Below, in pieces: positions 1-12,149 of a DNA stretch of 64,000 bases. Numbering within the stretch: position 1 is the stretch's first letter; every line of letters begins with the position of its first letter. The translations under genes were made by a program, and so were the position numbers. The notes below the pieces were generated by a model, which ran no database searches, was not told where the DNA came from, and saw only the letters and a program-made list of their open reading frames with translations. This stretch comes from Thalia democratica (Eukaryota): contig OZ241829.1 in assembly GCA_965202585.1 (NCBI GenBank), forward strand, positions 7,378,001 through 7,442,000, given 5' to 3'.

Positions 1-1129
1 GTTTGTGATATAAAACTAGAAACGATCATGTAAATCATATAAAAATTAGATTCATTTATATACAGCAGTAAAATATTTAAGAGCTAATTGCCATATATAT
101 TTGTATCTGTTAGTTTAATTAAGATGCACATTATCCAATACATGGACATATAGTTAGTGTTATTCATTACTATATAAGTTGCTTTATTCAACTTAAAAAT
201 ATAGAGCAATTAAATAATTTATAAAACATACCATACACATACAACTAAAGTGTAAGTGAAATTTATGCTAAACTAAGTTTAAACTGTATAAGACTACAAA
301 GTGATGACGTAATAATAGTAAAAAGGTAAAAATGAAAAATATCACATAATTACTTGAAAAATCGTGGACAAAAACAGTCTGATTTATTAGAGTCTAATTT
401 AAAAAATGCCTAAACTGTTTTATACAAGTTAAGACGTAAATACTTACTTGTGTAAATGGAAAACTTTAGCGTAGATTTTCCAAAATTTAAGTTGTTGTGG
501 AGTGACAACGATACTAATTAAAACGAGAAGTTAATGTACTCACTTACTTTGTATAGTTTATCAAGTAACCAACAAAAGATGTTATCAGACCTGCTGATCA
601 ACAAAGTAATAATAAATATAATCAAAACAGTGGTCAAACTTGAAATAGACATATACCAAATGTTAAATGTAATATAAATTAATTCAATGTACCTACTACA
701 GAATGTTACTTAACATATAAGTTTTAGTAGATAATTATAAATGCCATAACAACTAAACAAATGATTAGCTTTGATGTATTACAAACTTGCCATAACTAAC
801 TTTCAATTGACCTTTATAATTAAACAAACTAAGATGTAATTTATTTACTAGACATACTAGGTATTTAATACTGTGTAACAATGTAATTAGCTAAATGACG
901 ACAATAAAATGATCCTGATAAATAAAATTACAAAGTAAGTTGAAGTGTTTATTATAGAATAATACCAGGCTGTCTACTACAAATCTGTAGCGTTTGTAGT
1001 ACGACACCAAAGATACATACTATAAAACATAAAACTTTACTTGTAATTTATATATGTTAATATTGAGTTTAAAAGAAAAATAACATACCAAAAAATTGTG
1101 CGTAACTACTCGTACATCAAACAAAAAAC

Positions 1130-1374
1130 TAATTAGGTGCCGACCAGCATAAGGACGCGGCCTAAAGGACGGCTTTCGTTATTTGTGCAAAAGTCCCGGG
1201 AGCAAGAGCTGCTCCGATAGGAGCAGCTCGCAGCGGGAGGGACTTAAAAACAAATAACGAAAGCTGTCCGCTACCACTTTAACCCAAAACCGAACTACTT
1301 CTTAGAGCTCAGTACCACACTTTTATCTGGTTTGGCTGTCAGGCTTACTAACTGGGCTCAAAGCGTAATTAGGT
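1130..1374. other. GC-rich structured island: ~103-nt long hairpin (1167-1269) flanked by a 9-bp direct repeat taattaggt (1130-1138 and 1366-1374); copies at 15877-16121, ~30995-31240, ~46120-46365 and 63915-64000
   Basis: Arm ggacggctttcgttatttgtgcaaaagtccc pairs with gggactt(aaaa/atgc)acaaataacgaaagctgtcc. The inner stem gagctgctcc-gata-ggagcagctc is perfect. Confidence 0.85.
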
Positions 1375-1412
1375 TTTTAAGAAAAAATGGTTGGGAGAAA
1401 AAGTGAAAAATT

Positions 1413-1435
1413 TTTCGCCGGCAGAGCCGGCGAAA
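1413..1435. other. Perfect GC-rich palindrome tttcgccggc-aga-gccggcgaaa (one per core block)
   Basis: 10-bp perfect stem with a 3-nt loop, seen directly; repeated at ~16160, ~31277 and ~46403. Confidence 0.85.
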
Positions 1436-1985
1436 TGACTTAAAAATGATTTTTTAAATAATCTACCCAAAAATTTTCCAAAAAAACTTTTGATTTGGGG
1501 AAATCCCCATTTTGAAAAAAATTTGTGCGGCTTGGCTTAAAAATTAAGTGACTACCTTATAGCGTACTCCTTAAACATAACCCTAACTTACTACCATATA
1601 GTTGTTAACTAAAAAATGAATGTCTTTTTAGGTGGTAATAGTAGGATTAATCTTAATTTGGAATATTATTAATTTTTCGAAGGTGTTATCATTGTAATAA
1701 TAAATACCTATAACCATAAAATTCGTGTGAGACATGTTAAATAGTCTTTTCTTTTTGGAATGTTTGTTGTGACACAGTCTAATAACAGTATCCAAAACTT
1801 ATAACTTAAATTTGAGTACTGCTAACATTTTGATTTGATGTTATGTTAACACAATATCAATCGAAAACTTTTAATAAAATAAATACTTATTGTAGTTATT
1901 AGGCTGATTTACAACAAATATTCAAAAAAAAGCCATTTTCACATGTCATTCTATAAAGCCACTGCAAATCATACTTGATCTAGTC

Positions 1986-2124
1986 AGATAAGAGTCTGGC
2001 TTTTGTCAGCTAGTCACAGTTGCTTATAATAACTCTATAAAACATTAAATGGTTATCAAAGATTTGCTAGCTTTTAAATACACTTCATAAACACTACAAG
2101 TAACAAACAACCAGACTCTTATCT
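1986..2124. mobile_element. MITE-like element with 14-bp perfect terminal inverted repeats (agataagagtctgg / ccagactcttatct); copies in the other core blocks, e.g. 16734-16872
   Basis: TIRs seen directly, no internal ORF, and a second family member lies at 2566-2733. No clear TSD. Confidence 0.6.
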
Positions 2125-2565
2125 AATTTAGTTATATTAGCACTATCAATTATTACACTATGCTACATAATTCTAAAATATTTAACTGGAAAAACAGTGG
2201 TTAATCATTTCTTGTTATGTTTTGAACAGTTCAGAGACATAGACATGCTTGTATATTTTTTCAAAGACTAACTATTACTAAATGTTCAAATACTCTTTGA
2301 TAAGAATTTCTATGGTGACACTGTCTAATAGTATATCATAAGTTTTTGTTCTACATCATCAAACAGCATTGGTATAATGAAATCAACAAAATAATATTTG
2401 ATTTAATGCTACACATAGTATCAAGCTGAAGATTAAACAAATACTTATTTTATAATATCACTATTAAAATTCCAAACAAAGACTATTTTTGAGTACTATT
2501 AATACTCCAAAAATTAAGTTTAATACATCAGTACAACATAGCCTTTTTATAAAGATCATACATAG

Positions 2566-2733
2566 TTAGATAAAGGTCTGGTTTTTGTCAGCTAGTTACA
2601 TTTAACTTATCATAACTCCATCAACTATAATAACCACTAAATGGTAATCAAAGTAATAATACACTTAAACTTTGAATTTTACTGTTAACTATAAACACTA
2701 AAAGTGACTGAAACAAACCAGACTCTTATCTAA
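2566..2733. mobile_element. Second MITE-like element of the same family (19-bp TIR with 2 mismatches)
   Basis: ttagataaaggtctggttt ... aaaccagactcttatctaa; the internal sequence is related to 1986-2124. Confidence 0.55.
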
Positions 2734-4186
2734 ATTAGTAATATGAACATACAAAAACACTCAACATAAGTCAGTTGATCAAGCTGCCTTAATGTTGCTT
2801 GTGTTCCTACATGTTCACATGTAATAAAGTATATCACTTATACACAAACATTTTGCACTATAGTTTTAATTGCTTAGTGGATAAAAACATGGTATTAAAA
2901 CATTTACTTTAACCATTAATAACAATGTGTCTCTAAAAGTGTGTCTCTTAAAGCTTGTAGCATTCAGAGTTACAACAAACAAAAGAACAGCTTGATTTTT
3001 AGCTCTAAAATTGTAATTGAACATTTTACATTGTAATCTTATTACAGAGATTCATAACACATAAGTTTTGACATATAGAAAAGCTAATGAAGTTTAATAG
3101 TAACAGCTTTTAGTTAATTTTGCACACTTTAGAAACTCTATAGGATATTTCTTAATCTAAAATTTTCATTGTAATTAATTCATAATTTTATGACTAGCAT
3201 TTATGAATACCAGGGCTGCCACTCTTCAATTCGAAAACTGTACTCTTTTAACCAAATTTCAGCTTAATTTGAATAAAATTAGAAACTAAGCAGCAAAAGC
3301 TGTTAATGTACTTTACTTGATATCAATTGAGTTTGAGCACTAATTTACACTAATGATATTCTATATTTACAAAAAAATGACAATATTTAATGAAACAATT
3401 AATTTTCAAGTATTTAAAATTGAGAAAGCACTACTAAAAAAATAAGTTTTGGCAGCCCTGAAAAATAATCTTATATGACATTTATTATCTCAACATTAAC
3501 TATTTTGTATAACATATAAAGCACTTACCTCAGTAAGAGCAGTAAACCAAGAATAGACCTGATATTCAAATTGCCACAAGAAGGGTTGATAAAGATGACT
3601 GCTGTAGAAATAGAGATGCCCAATTTGTTTGTGCTTAATAAAAACTTTTCAGTGCAACTATGATTAAATAGAAACACATGATAACTCATGTAGCAGACTG
3701 CTGATTTGAGACACTTTTTCACCATAAAGGTAAAGAATTTTCTCTGAAACCATGAAATAAAAAGATAATCAATCATATGGTTAGAGTAGAAGACTGTTGG
3801 TTTGAGATACTTTTTCAACATAAAGAAAAAGACTTTCCTCTGAAATCATGAAAAAATAGATAATTAATCATATGGTTAGAGTAAAAGACTGTTGATTCAA
3901 GATACTTTCAAAACATACAGACATTATGTTTATTTACATTTTTTACTTGCATAAACAGTTTAAGTTTCAACTGTTAAAGACAATGCTGATTTTTTTTTCA
4001 AACCAAGTAATTGATTTTATGTGTCTGCTTTTAGTACCTTTTATTACTTACAAAAACATACAACAAGGTAAACTCTAAAATGATTTATGAAAGTAAAGTT
4101 AAAAATGACAAGAGCTGCTACCAGTAACAAAACATTTTACTAATGAATGCAATTTCATAAAAATTTCTGCAAACAGAATTGAACAT

Positions 4187-4548
4187 GATTATCACAATAA
4201 AGTAGAAGTCTGTTGATTTAAGACAATTTTTCAACATACAGGTAACGACTTTTCTGTGAAGTTGTCAACAAAAAGAAAGTAAAACACAAGGTTATCACAA
4301 CAAAGTAGAAGTCTGCTGATTTAAGACAGTTTTTCAACATACAGGTAAAGACTTTTCTGTGAAGTTGTCAACAAAAAGAAAGTAAAACACAAGATCATCA
4401 CTATAAAGTAGAAATCTGTTGACTTAAGACAATTTTTTCACATACAGGTAAAGACTTTTCTTTGAAGTTGTAAACAAAAAGATAATTAAACACAAGATCA
4501 TCACTATAAAGTAGAAGTCTGTTGATTTAAATCACTTTGGCAACATGC
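4187..4548. repeat. 103-bp tandem repeat (~3.5 units), with diverged ~95-bp relatives at ~3680-3920; copies at ~18943-19304, ~34056-34417 and ~49160-49418 (one unit fewer)
   Basis: The motif gtagaa(g/a)tctg(t/c)tga(t/c)ttaa recurs with ctg starting at 4210, 4313, 4416 and 4519. Confidence 0.9.
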
Positions 4549-5002
4549 AGATGATGTAGATTTGTTTTGTGATCTTTTTTTTCAACCATAAACAGTTCAA
4601 GTTTCAACTTTTTAAGACAACTTTGATTTTTTTCATACTAAGTGATTCATACTAAGTGATTGGTTTTGAATTGTATGTGCTTGTACTTAAAGTACCTTTT
4701 ATAACTTATAAAAACTTATAAAAGGAAAACTCTAAAAATACTTACGTAAAGAAAGTTTAAGTAAAAATTTGATGACCTACCACTCCTATGAAAACTTTCC
4801 TAAAATGAATTGCAATTTCTTAAAAAAATTCTGCAAACAGAATTTTTGTATAATTACGTAACAAATAAATCTTGTGCAAAAAATTCACTTGGTGACATTC
4901 ACGAGTTCTCTCTTCTCTCGCTTTGATAATTTTAAGCTAATTTTAAAATTTTAGCTATACTTTTTTTAAACCTTGGTTTTTTCAAAAATAAACTTTACCA
5001 TC

Positions 5003-5065
5003 ATGTCGAGCACCGAATTCTGCTTCAAAAAACACCAAAAACTTTATAAAAAGGATGAAAAATAA
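5003..5065 (+). other. 20-codon sORF (MSSTEFCFKKHQKLYKKDEK) within a ~140-bp repeated module; 8 copies: 5003, 19758, 21437, 34870, 36558, 49873, 50450, 51206
   Basis: ATG-to-stop length is exactly 63 nt in all 8 copies, and the ATG context is acc(a)(t/c)cATG. Coding status is unproven. Confidence 0.35.
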
Positions 5066-5998
5066 GCAAAATAGAACTTAAAAACTTCAAAGCTTTGAAT
5101 TTAAATTTACTACATACTTTGACATTAACACTCGTAAAAATGTTGTGTTTAGTTTTTATTACAGTGTTTTCTTAGTTTTCATTGACAATTATTTTTTCAA
5201 CAAAATTTGAAATTCCTTTTTTACTGTTGTTATTAAACATAATTATCTTATTTTTTCTGTTTAATGATTATTATAAATTTGTCTACAAAAATACAAAGAG
5301 CTATTATAAAACAAAACAAAATCTAGCTTTATTTTGTAATTGATTTGAAAACTTTTTTTACTTTCAAGTACGGCTTTTGTAATAAACAAGTTTTGAAAAT
5401 AAAAAAGTGATTAAATTAAAGACTTTAAACGCTTTCAGGAAACATTTTTAAAAATAAATTTAAGAACGACTATAGTATATCAGTATATTTGTATATTTTA
5501 TGCCAACAAGTTATATGAGAAAAATTTTTAGAGGGTAATGAATGTTAAGTTCGGAATAAGTTTACTTGTAGCTTCATTTAAGTAAGCTTTAAAGTGTATC
5601 TGCAGTTGTATCTTGAAAGCAACTGAATGCCAAAGTATGTCAAAAAAGAGTTTAATTATATTTTAAGACAGCTTACTGTTTAAATCTAATTACTTTCGTT
5701 AGTCAAAGACAAATATTTTTAGCATAAAATCTGTAATATAACTCAACTGAAATACTTTTTAGTACTACATATAACTGTTATACACAGCAATACTACAACA
5801 CTTCGTTATCTTAATAACAAGTAAATTAAATTCTAATGAGTTGCAGTATTTATAGAATTTTTTATTACCAACAGTTATTAATTTTCACTACTAAACATTG
5901 GCTATATTATCACTTAAAACTTTTCAAAAATACTTATTAGCTTGTATGAAGTAAGTGTAACAAAGTAATAAAATATTAGAACTTTACATAAAAAAAAG

Positions 5999-7370
5999 AT
6001 GTCTAAATCAAGTCAAGTAAATAAAAACAATTTAATTGGAAGCAATCTGGGATCCCAATACAATGTTCTCAGCAAACTTGGAGAGGGAACTTTCGGAACT
6101 GTATATAAGTGCCTTAATATCACAACAAATCAATACGTTGCTATCAAGGCAATGAACCCAAAACATGCAAAAGACGAGTTGGATGCTTTAAAGAGTCTGA
6201 AAGACGCTGATGGAAAGTGTAACTACTTGATTGAATTACTTGAATGGTTTAAGGAAGATAGTTTAGCTTTCCTCGTTAACCCACTCTACGGACCTAATAC
6301 AGAAGTAGCAATAAGAATGCATAATCAACCGTTTAAATTGCAAGATGTACAAATCATGGCTAAACAGCTGATAGAAACTACAAATTTTCTCCATAAAAAT
6401 AAAATGTTGCATACCGATATCAAGACAGCAAATATTTTACTAAACAGGTTAATTGTTTTATGCAATTTTTTTACTATTAAAATTACCTTTGTATAACACA
6501 GATAACAACTTCTTTTTTTTTTGCAATTATACGTCTTACTAAAAATATTTGTTTTTCTTTTATACACTATACAGATATTTATTAATAATTAAATATTATC
6601 AATTAAAAGGTATGTGATTAATTTATGTTTTTATTAAACAGATATTACTACGACAAGTCGAAAAATGATTTTTACATGAAGCCTGACATCAAATCGTGCG
6701 ACCTTGGCTCCATGTACTTTCAGGAAGAATTCGACTATGACGTCATAACAACACTTCAGTACCGTGCCCCTAACGTCATAATGGGTCACAAGGTTGTTTG
6801 AGTATATTACTAAGTAAGTAAACCACTTTATTTTTTTAGGGAAATAATTATAACTAAATATCTTTAACAGAGTAAGCCATTATCTTCAAAAGAAATATAA
6901 TTTTAAAAACAAAGTACTTGTATATTTTGCCTTGTAATTAAACTATAATTTACACACTTAACATAAATTTTATTTCAACAGATCGGGTATCCATGCGACG
7001 TTTGGTCGATCGGTTGCACTTCGTTCGAAATTTTTACAGGAAAATTACTTTTCGAGGTGAAGACTGTTCAGGAACTGTTCAGGATGATCCACTTGATGAT
7101 TGATCTTTTTACTGAACAAGAAGTTCAAAGGATTAACTTAAAAATTGACCGAAGATGATAAAAAGAAGAGGGTTGGTCTAAAGTTGTCAAAGGACGAGAA
7201 AAATGTAGATTTTTTGAAAGAGCCAGAGTTTGTATACATAAAAGGCGAAGTTAAGAAGATGAAGTCTTATTTTTATAAGAACAACAGTGGAGAAAAAAAT
7301 TTGTTGGAAATGATTTTGCATGCTAAATACGGATCCAGTAACAAGAATAAAACTGGAAGACATTATCTAA
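5999..7370 (+). pseudogene. CLK/LAMMER-like CMGC protein kinase, type A; exons 5999-6447, 6642-6792, 6982-7370; two frameshifts in exon 3
   Basis: Motifs LGEGTFG, VAIK, LHTDIKTANILL, CDLGS, TTLQYRAPNV, CDVWSIGC and ELFRMIHLMI (aligned to the CLK EHLAMMERIL). GT-AG introns keep the frame. There is a +1 A at 7141-7144 and a 2-nt deletion near 7315-7320 relative to the paralog at 12500-12889. Confidence 0.88.
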
Positions 7371-9393
7371 ATAATTGTTAATTAATTAATCTATTTTAGA
7401 TATTAAATATGGTAAAATAGTAGAATGTTTAGAATTTTTATTAGTTTAAAAACTACCTTAAAAAAAACTAACTTGTATATATTTTTTTTTTCAATATCAT
7501 AACAGTACGATTTATTTTCAATTAAACGTCTTATAATTTTTTAATTTATACTTATATTTTTTTAGACAATATAACGGCTACTAATAAATTTGTAGATTTT
7601 TTTGTTAAATAAAAATAACTTTTTTATTTAAAACGATCGATAAAGGCAAAAAAATCACAAAGAACTTCACACAACCAAGGGAAGATTTGAGACACTTAAA
7701 ACTAAAATATTCTTACTGTAATTTATTCTTAGATATAAAACATTGAAGTGATAATAATAAGTACAATTTAGTGAGTTGTAATATTTTACGGTAAACTTCA
7801 AATTGTCAACTAATAAACCAGGTGTTTAGTTGTAACAAGTTATGACTTTCGATATAAGTCATGATTTTTGCTGATATTGTAATAAAGTCCAAGTTTTTAA
7901 AAATTCTAAATTTGTTTTATTTCATTTCTATCTTGTAACATTTTGTTGATCAAAAAGGTTTTAAAATAATCATTTTAATAAAATTGTTGCTTCAGCAATT
8001 TCATTAATAAATTAATAAATTTTCTAAATTTTCTAATAGAAATACTATCTATTGTTTAAGCTTGTAGGCAATTTAATTCATTGCAAAAATGTTTTGTTGT
8101 TTATACATTTGATTTGCTAATACAAGATTAATACTTTAAAATACTAACATTCTAAAATTTATACTTTCCTTATTTTAATTTTTTTTTTCACAGTCCCAAA
8201 CACTTCATCGAAATTACAATAAATCTTCCATAGAAAGTAGTTTGTAAAGTTTAATTACATTTATAAATAATTATAACTATTACTTTTTTTTTTACTTGAT
8301 TCTCAGTAAAATCTATCAATAACTTCAAATATAATGAAACACTGTTTTCAAAGATGCTGTAAAATAGTGACTAATTACGCAAAATGTACCCTGGACAAAA
8401 GTTACCTGTTCTTGTTTAAGAAATAATTACAAATGTCACCATGAAAAGCAAAAAGTATTTTCTATATAAAAAACTATTTGTATTATAAGTTTTAGCATAC
8501 ACAAATACACCCAACACTATGTAACTAACTCTATAATGTACTATCTTTACTACTGTATATAAAAATGTTCTTAATAGTAAAACGGTTGACTTACTTTTTA
8601 CTGATCATAGACTTAAGATTTTCTAAATATATTTCCTATTGTTATAAGTATCTAAAATATACATATCTATAAATTATATTTTTTGTAAGCGTTTTTTTTT
8701 TTGATTTATAACCTGTCTATTTTCAAAGCTACTTTATAAACTTCAATCAATAATAAATATTAAAACTTTTTTATACATATTTTGCGTCATTTTTACAACT
8801 TAGCTTAAGTTTTTATAAACTTCAAAATATATACTTAATAAACAGATTATTCTACCTATAATTACGTATTAAAGTTGTATAAAGTATGTAAGAATACCCT
8901 TTTGCTTTACAATTAAGAATAACTTTTTAATCTAAAAGAGTTAATATTATTTCAATGATTTCTAGCTATATAAGATGTTAGTTTTGATAGCTCTATCTAC
9001 ATATATTGAATGATAATAAAGACTAGTATTCTTTTGCTAATACATTTATTAATTTAACTGCTGATAACAGCTAACAGACCGAAAATCAGCTACTCAACAC
9101 CCGTACTTAACCCTCAATTATTAAATTAACTTTAATAAAAACATAAATTAGTTGTGGTTTATAGTCTTAGAAGGATTTTAAAATTTCAAGTTTGAATCAA
9201 CTCAAAAACTAACGCTGTCGAATGCTATATAAATAAAGTTTTAATGCTAATCTATCAAAACCATCTTTAACTATCTGTTTGTTTTCCAATTATTTTTAAA
9301 CTCTATAGTGTACACAATTTCGTTAAACAAAACTGTAAATAGAAAATGAAAACAAATGTTATTTTAAAAACCATTTATCCGTTTTAAATACAG

Positions 9394-10300
9394 TGTCACA
9401 GCCAGTTGACGAAGTTGATCTACTTGCCCAGGAGACTTGGTGAGAGTTGGTAAAAGAGAATTGTCTGGTTTGACTTGAAAAATCACTAAAATTGACGTCA
9501 CAATGCTGCCAAGTCACCTAGAGTTTAAGGTTAGCCAACATTAGCTTGTAAACTCAAAAAAATATTAAAATGAAGTATATTTCGTCAAACTTTCATAAGT
9601 TAAGTTTAAGTTTGATTAAGTTTATTGACTTTATCAAACAATAAGTTTTATATATAGTAATTGTAAACTAAGCTAACTAGTTGAAAGCTGAAATAAGATT
9701 TATTTTTGTCCGAGGAGTCTCTGGAATTTTAAGCGCAACGAGGTCAGGAAACAGTTTAATGTTGGTAACCATGTTAAATTTATCAATGGAAAGCATATGG
9801 TTCATACAGGTAACAATAAACGCTAATGTAAACTTTCAGCGATTATTATTACTTGTTCAGCTAAAGTTTTAGATAATGTTCAAGCTAATATGGATTTTAC
9901 CTCGTTATAGTTTTAAGTTAATAGTATAAGTAGCTTTAAAGTTATATTTTTATAAAATTATTTTGAACTTTTGTTATAGTTTTCTGTGTTTTAGAATTAG
10001 TGAATGTTGTTATTATAATAAGTTAAATTTTTTAATCAACTTTACGGTTACTGTGTATATAAAAATAGTAGTAAAAAAATACAATACGTTTTTTTCGTAC
10101 TATGAATAATAAATACAAATATTTTTTTATTTTAAAGCCGAAACACATATACTTATTATATTTATTTAAACAGGTCTAGTATTGACAGTTAAACCGAATA
10201 ATTTTGTCATCATAGCATACCTGACACTAGGAAAGCTGGAAGTCTTGCCTCGAGACCTGCACCTATTCGATAGGAGGTTTCAAATACAGCAACTGTTAAA
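9394..10300 (+). pseudogene. SUPT5H: Decayed fragment of transcription elongation factor Spt5 (KOW domains); exon remnants 9394-9529, ~9698-9809, 10174-~10300
   Basis: Manual translation gives PGDLVRVGKRELSGLT*KITKIDVTMLPSHLEFK | FKRNEVRKQFNVGNHVKFINGKHMVHTG | LVLTVKPNNFVIIAYLTLGKLEVLPRDLHL. This matches, from memory, Spt5 [87 protein letters not shown]. The phase-1 intron 9810-10173 is consistent. There is an in-frame TGA plus frameshifts. Confidence 0.85.
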
Positions 10301-12149
10301 ATGTTGTCTAATACAATGTGATGCATGATTGAATAAAAAAAAATCAATTATAAAAATATGTTGTAGTGCGAAGTACATATAAACAAGTCGAACGAAAATT
10401 AAATATTATATTGATTGTTTGTATTGACAAACAGTTGTTAAAATTTTAATTTTATCATTAATTAATTTTCAATTTTAAAGTGACAAAATAAGTCTTTACC
10501 ACTTTGTCTACAAAATGTCTAAAAATCAGCCCTATCGACTTTAAATGATTAGGCCTTTCTTGAAATTAACATTGAGAAAAACTACAAAAAAATTAAAATG
10601 AAATAACATTAAGTATATTTGTGAAGACTTTGAAGTATATTTGTAAAGACTTTAAACTTATTTATAAAGGGTTGCCAACCTCTACCTTAGATTTTTGAAA
10701 AACTTTTATGTAGCTATAAAATAATTTCAAGTATGAAACAATCGAAATTTACTTTATTTAATATAGCAATTTACTTTATTTTTAAGTATTTTTAATAATT
10801 TAAGTAAACTTAGTAGGGTTATATGTTTCCGGGCAGTTATATTTCCTCTATTGTGTACAGTTTGGTTTGACAGGTGCTAAAGCAGAATGCGTGTTTTAAA
10901 TAGAAGTGTTTTATATCTTACATGATTTACCGATTTAAGTAATTTTAACTCAAATCAATAATATAAATCTTATTTAAAAGTTAACCAAGTACAGTTGGTT
11001 TTCGCTTAAGTACGTATCTAATACGTAACTAATTACAAGTAATTTTGAATACAGACCTTAACGTTAACTCTACCAATATGAAGTTATAAATTTGTAGTTT
11101 TTTATGTTTGCTTTTTTTGAAATAGAATATCTTAAACAAAAATTCTTTAGAGCAAGTCTTCTACTTTATTGGGTATTGTGAATATAAAACTAGTGCACTG
11201 CTAAGCTTTAAAACTTTTGTACGCTAGCTATTACATTATGCATATAATTCATATTTTTGTTGAACAGTATTAATAAATTGTCTAATATTGTTTCATTTCG
11301 TAAATTTAGAGAAAACATTTAAGAATTGATGTTAATGAAAAATACGCAAGAAATAAACAATTTAACAGCGGTCATAAAGTTTTCGGAAAAAATTATTACG
11401 GCACAGAATCTGAAGTAATACGAGATTTTGTATTACTTCATTCAGATTATAAAACATTACTAAACTTAGTTCAAAATATTTATTATTATATGATAATATA
11501 ACATAAAGAACTTATTATTTATTTTTGAGTGAATAATAAAACATGTTAGCAAAAGGTGTTTTATAAACTGATAAGCTTTAAAAGCTATCAATACAATGAA
11601 CCTTTTCATATTAAAAGCAAATAAAAAATAAATGATAACTATTGAAAAGTATATTTTTTAATATGTTTCTGACTAATATGACATCATACTAATTCAATAA
11701 TGCTGTGAATTCGGACTGTTTACGTGTTTTGAACTAAACTCTTTTGATAACCTTTATGTGAGTTGACGTTTGTTTATCAGGTTCACTAATAGTATGTATT
11801 GGGTATGATAATGCAATTTCTTATAACTAAAGTTTTGACATTTATTCTCGTAATATAAACAAACTACTGAGTTAATTTTTTTAGTTTGTTATAGAGTTGT
11901 TTTTTTATTAAAGATAGTTTATTGAGATAGATTAACAATATTATAATGCTATTAGCTGTTAAAAATTATTTATTTATAAAATAAGTTTAACTTTATTTTT
12001 AACATTCTGTTAAGTTAACAATATTTTTATAAAAAGATTTTTTTAATAGACAATTTATGTTTCAATCCTTTTTGACAAGTATCATAAAAAGGAAATAACT
12101 GGGATATTTTACTGTTTGTCAGTTCAGACCCTTCAATTAAATTTTGAAT

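Larger units (their letters stand above)
1..5109. repeat. Shared non-coding core block of the tandem segmental duplication, copy 1 (left-truncated by window edge)
   Basis: 1-5109 is near-identical to 14748-19864, 29865-~34985, 44997-~49980 and 62786-64000 (anchor gtttgtgatataaaactagaaacg). Homology to unit B ends after gaatttaaattta at ~5109. Confidence 0.97.

Noticed and set aside
1167-1269. Hammerhead or HDV-like ribozyme
   Set aside because: No CUGANGA core on either strand, and too few bases between the P2-like and P4-like helices for an HDV fold. An Infernal search would be decisive.
3525-3821. Minus-strand 90-107 aa ORFs (3525, 18282, 33394, 48565) as proteins
   Set aside because: They overlap diverged ~95-bp repeats, their starts and frames differ between copies, and there is no recognisable domain.
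4187-4548. CRISPR array
   Set aside because: The units are wholly repeated with no unique spacers, the context is eukaryotic with introns, and there are no cas genes.
9681-9872. 63-aa ORF MKAEIRF...
   Set aside because: Wrong frame: the Spt5 homology is in an overlapping frame.
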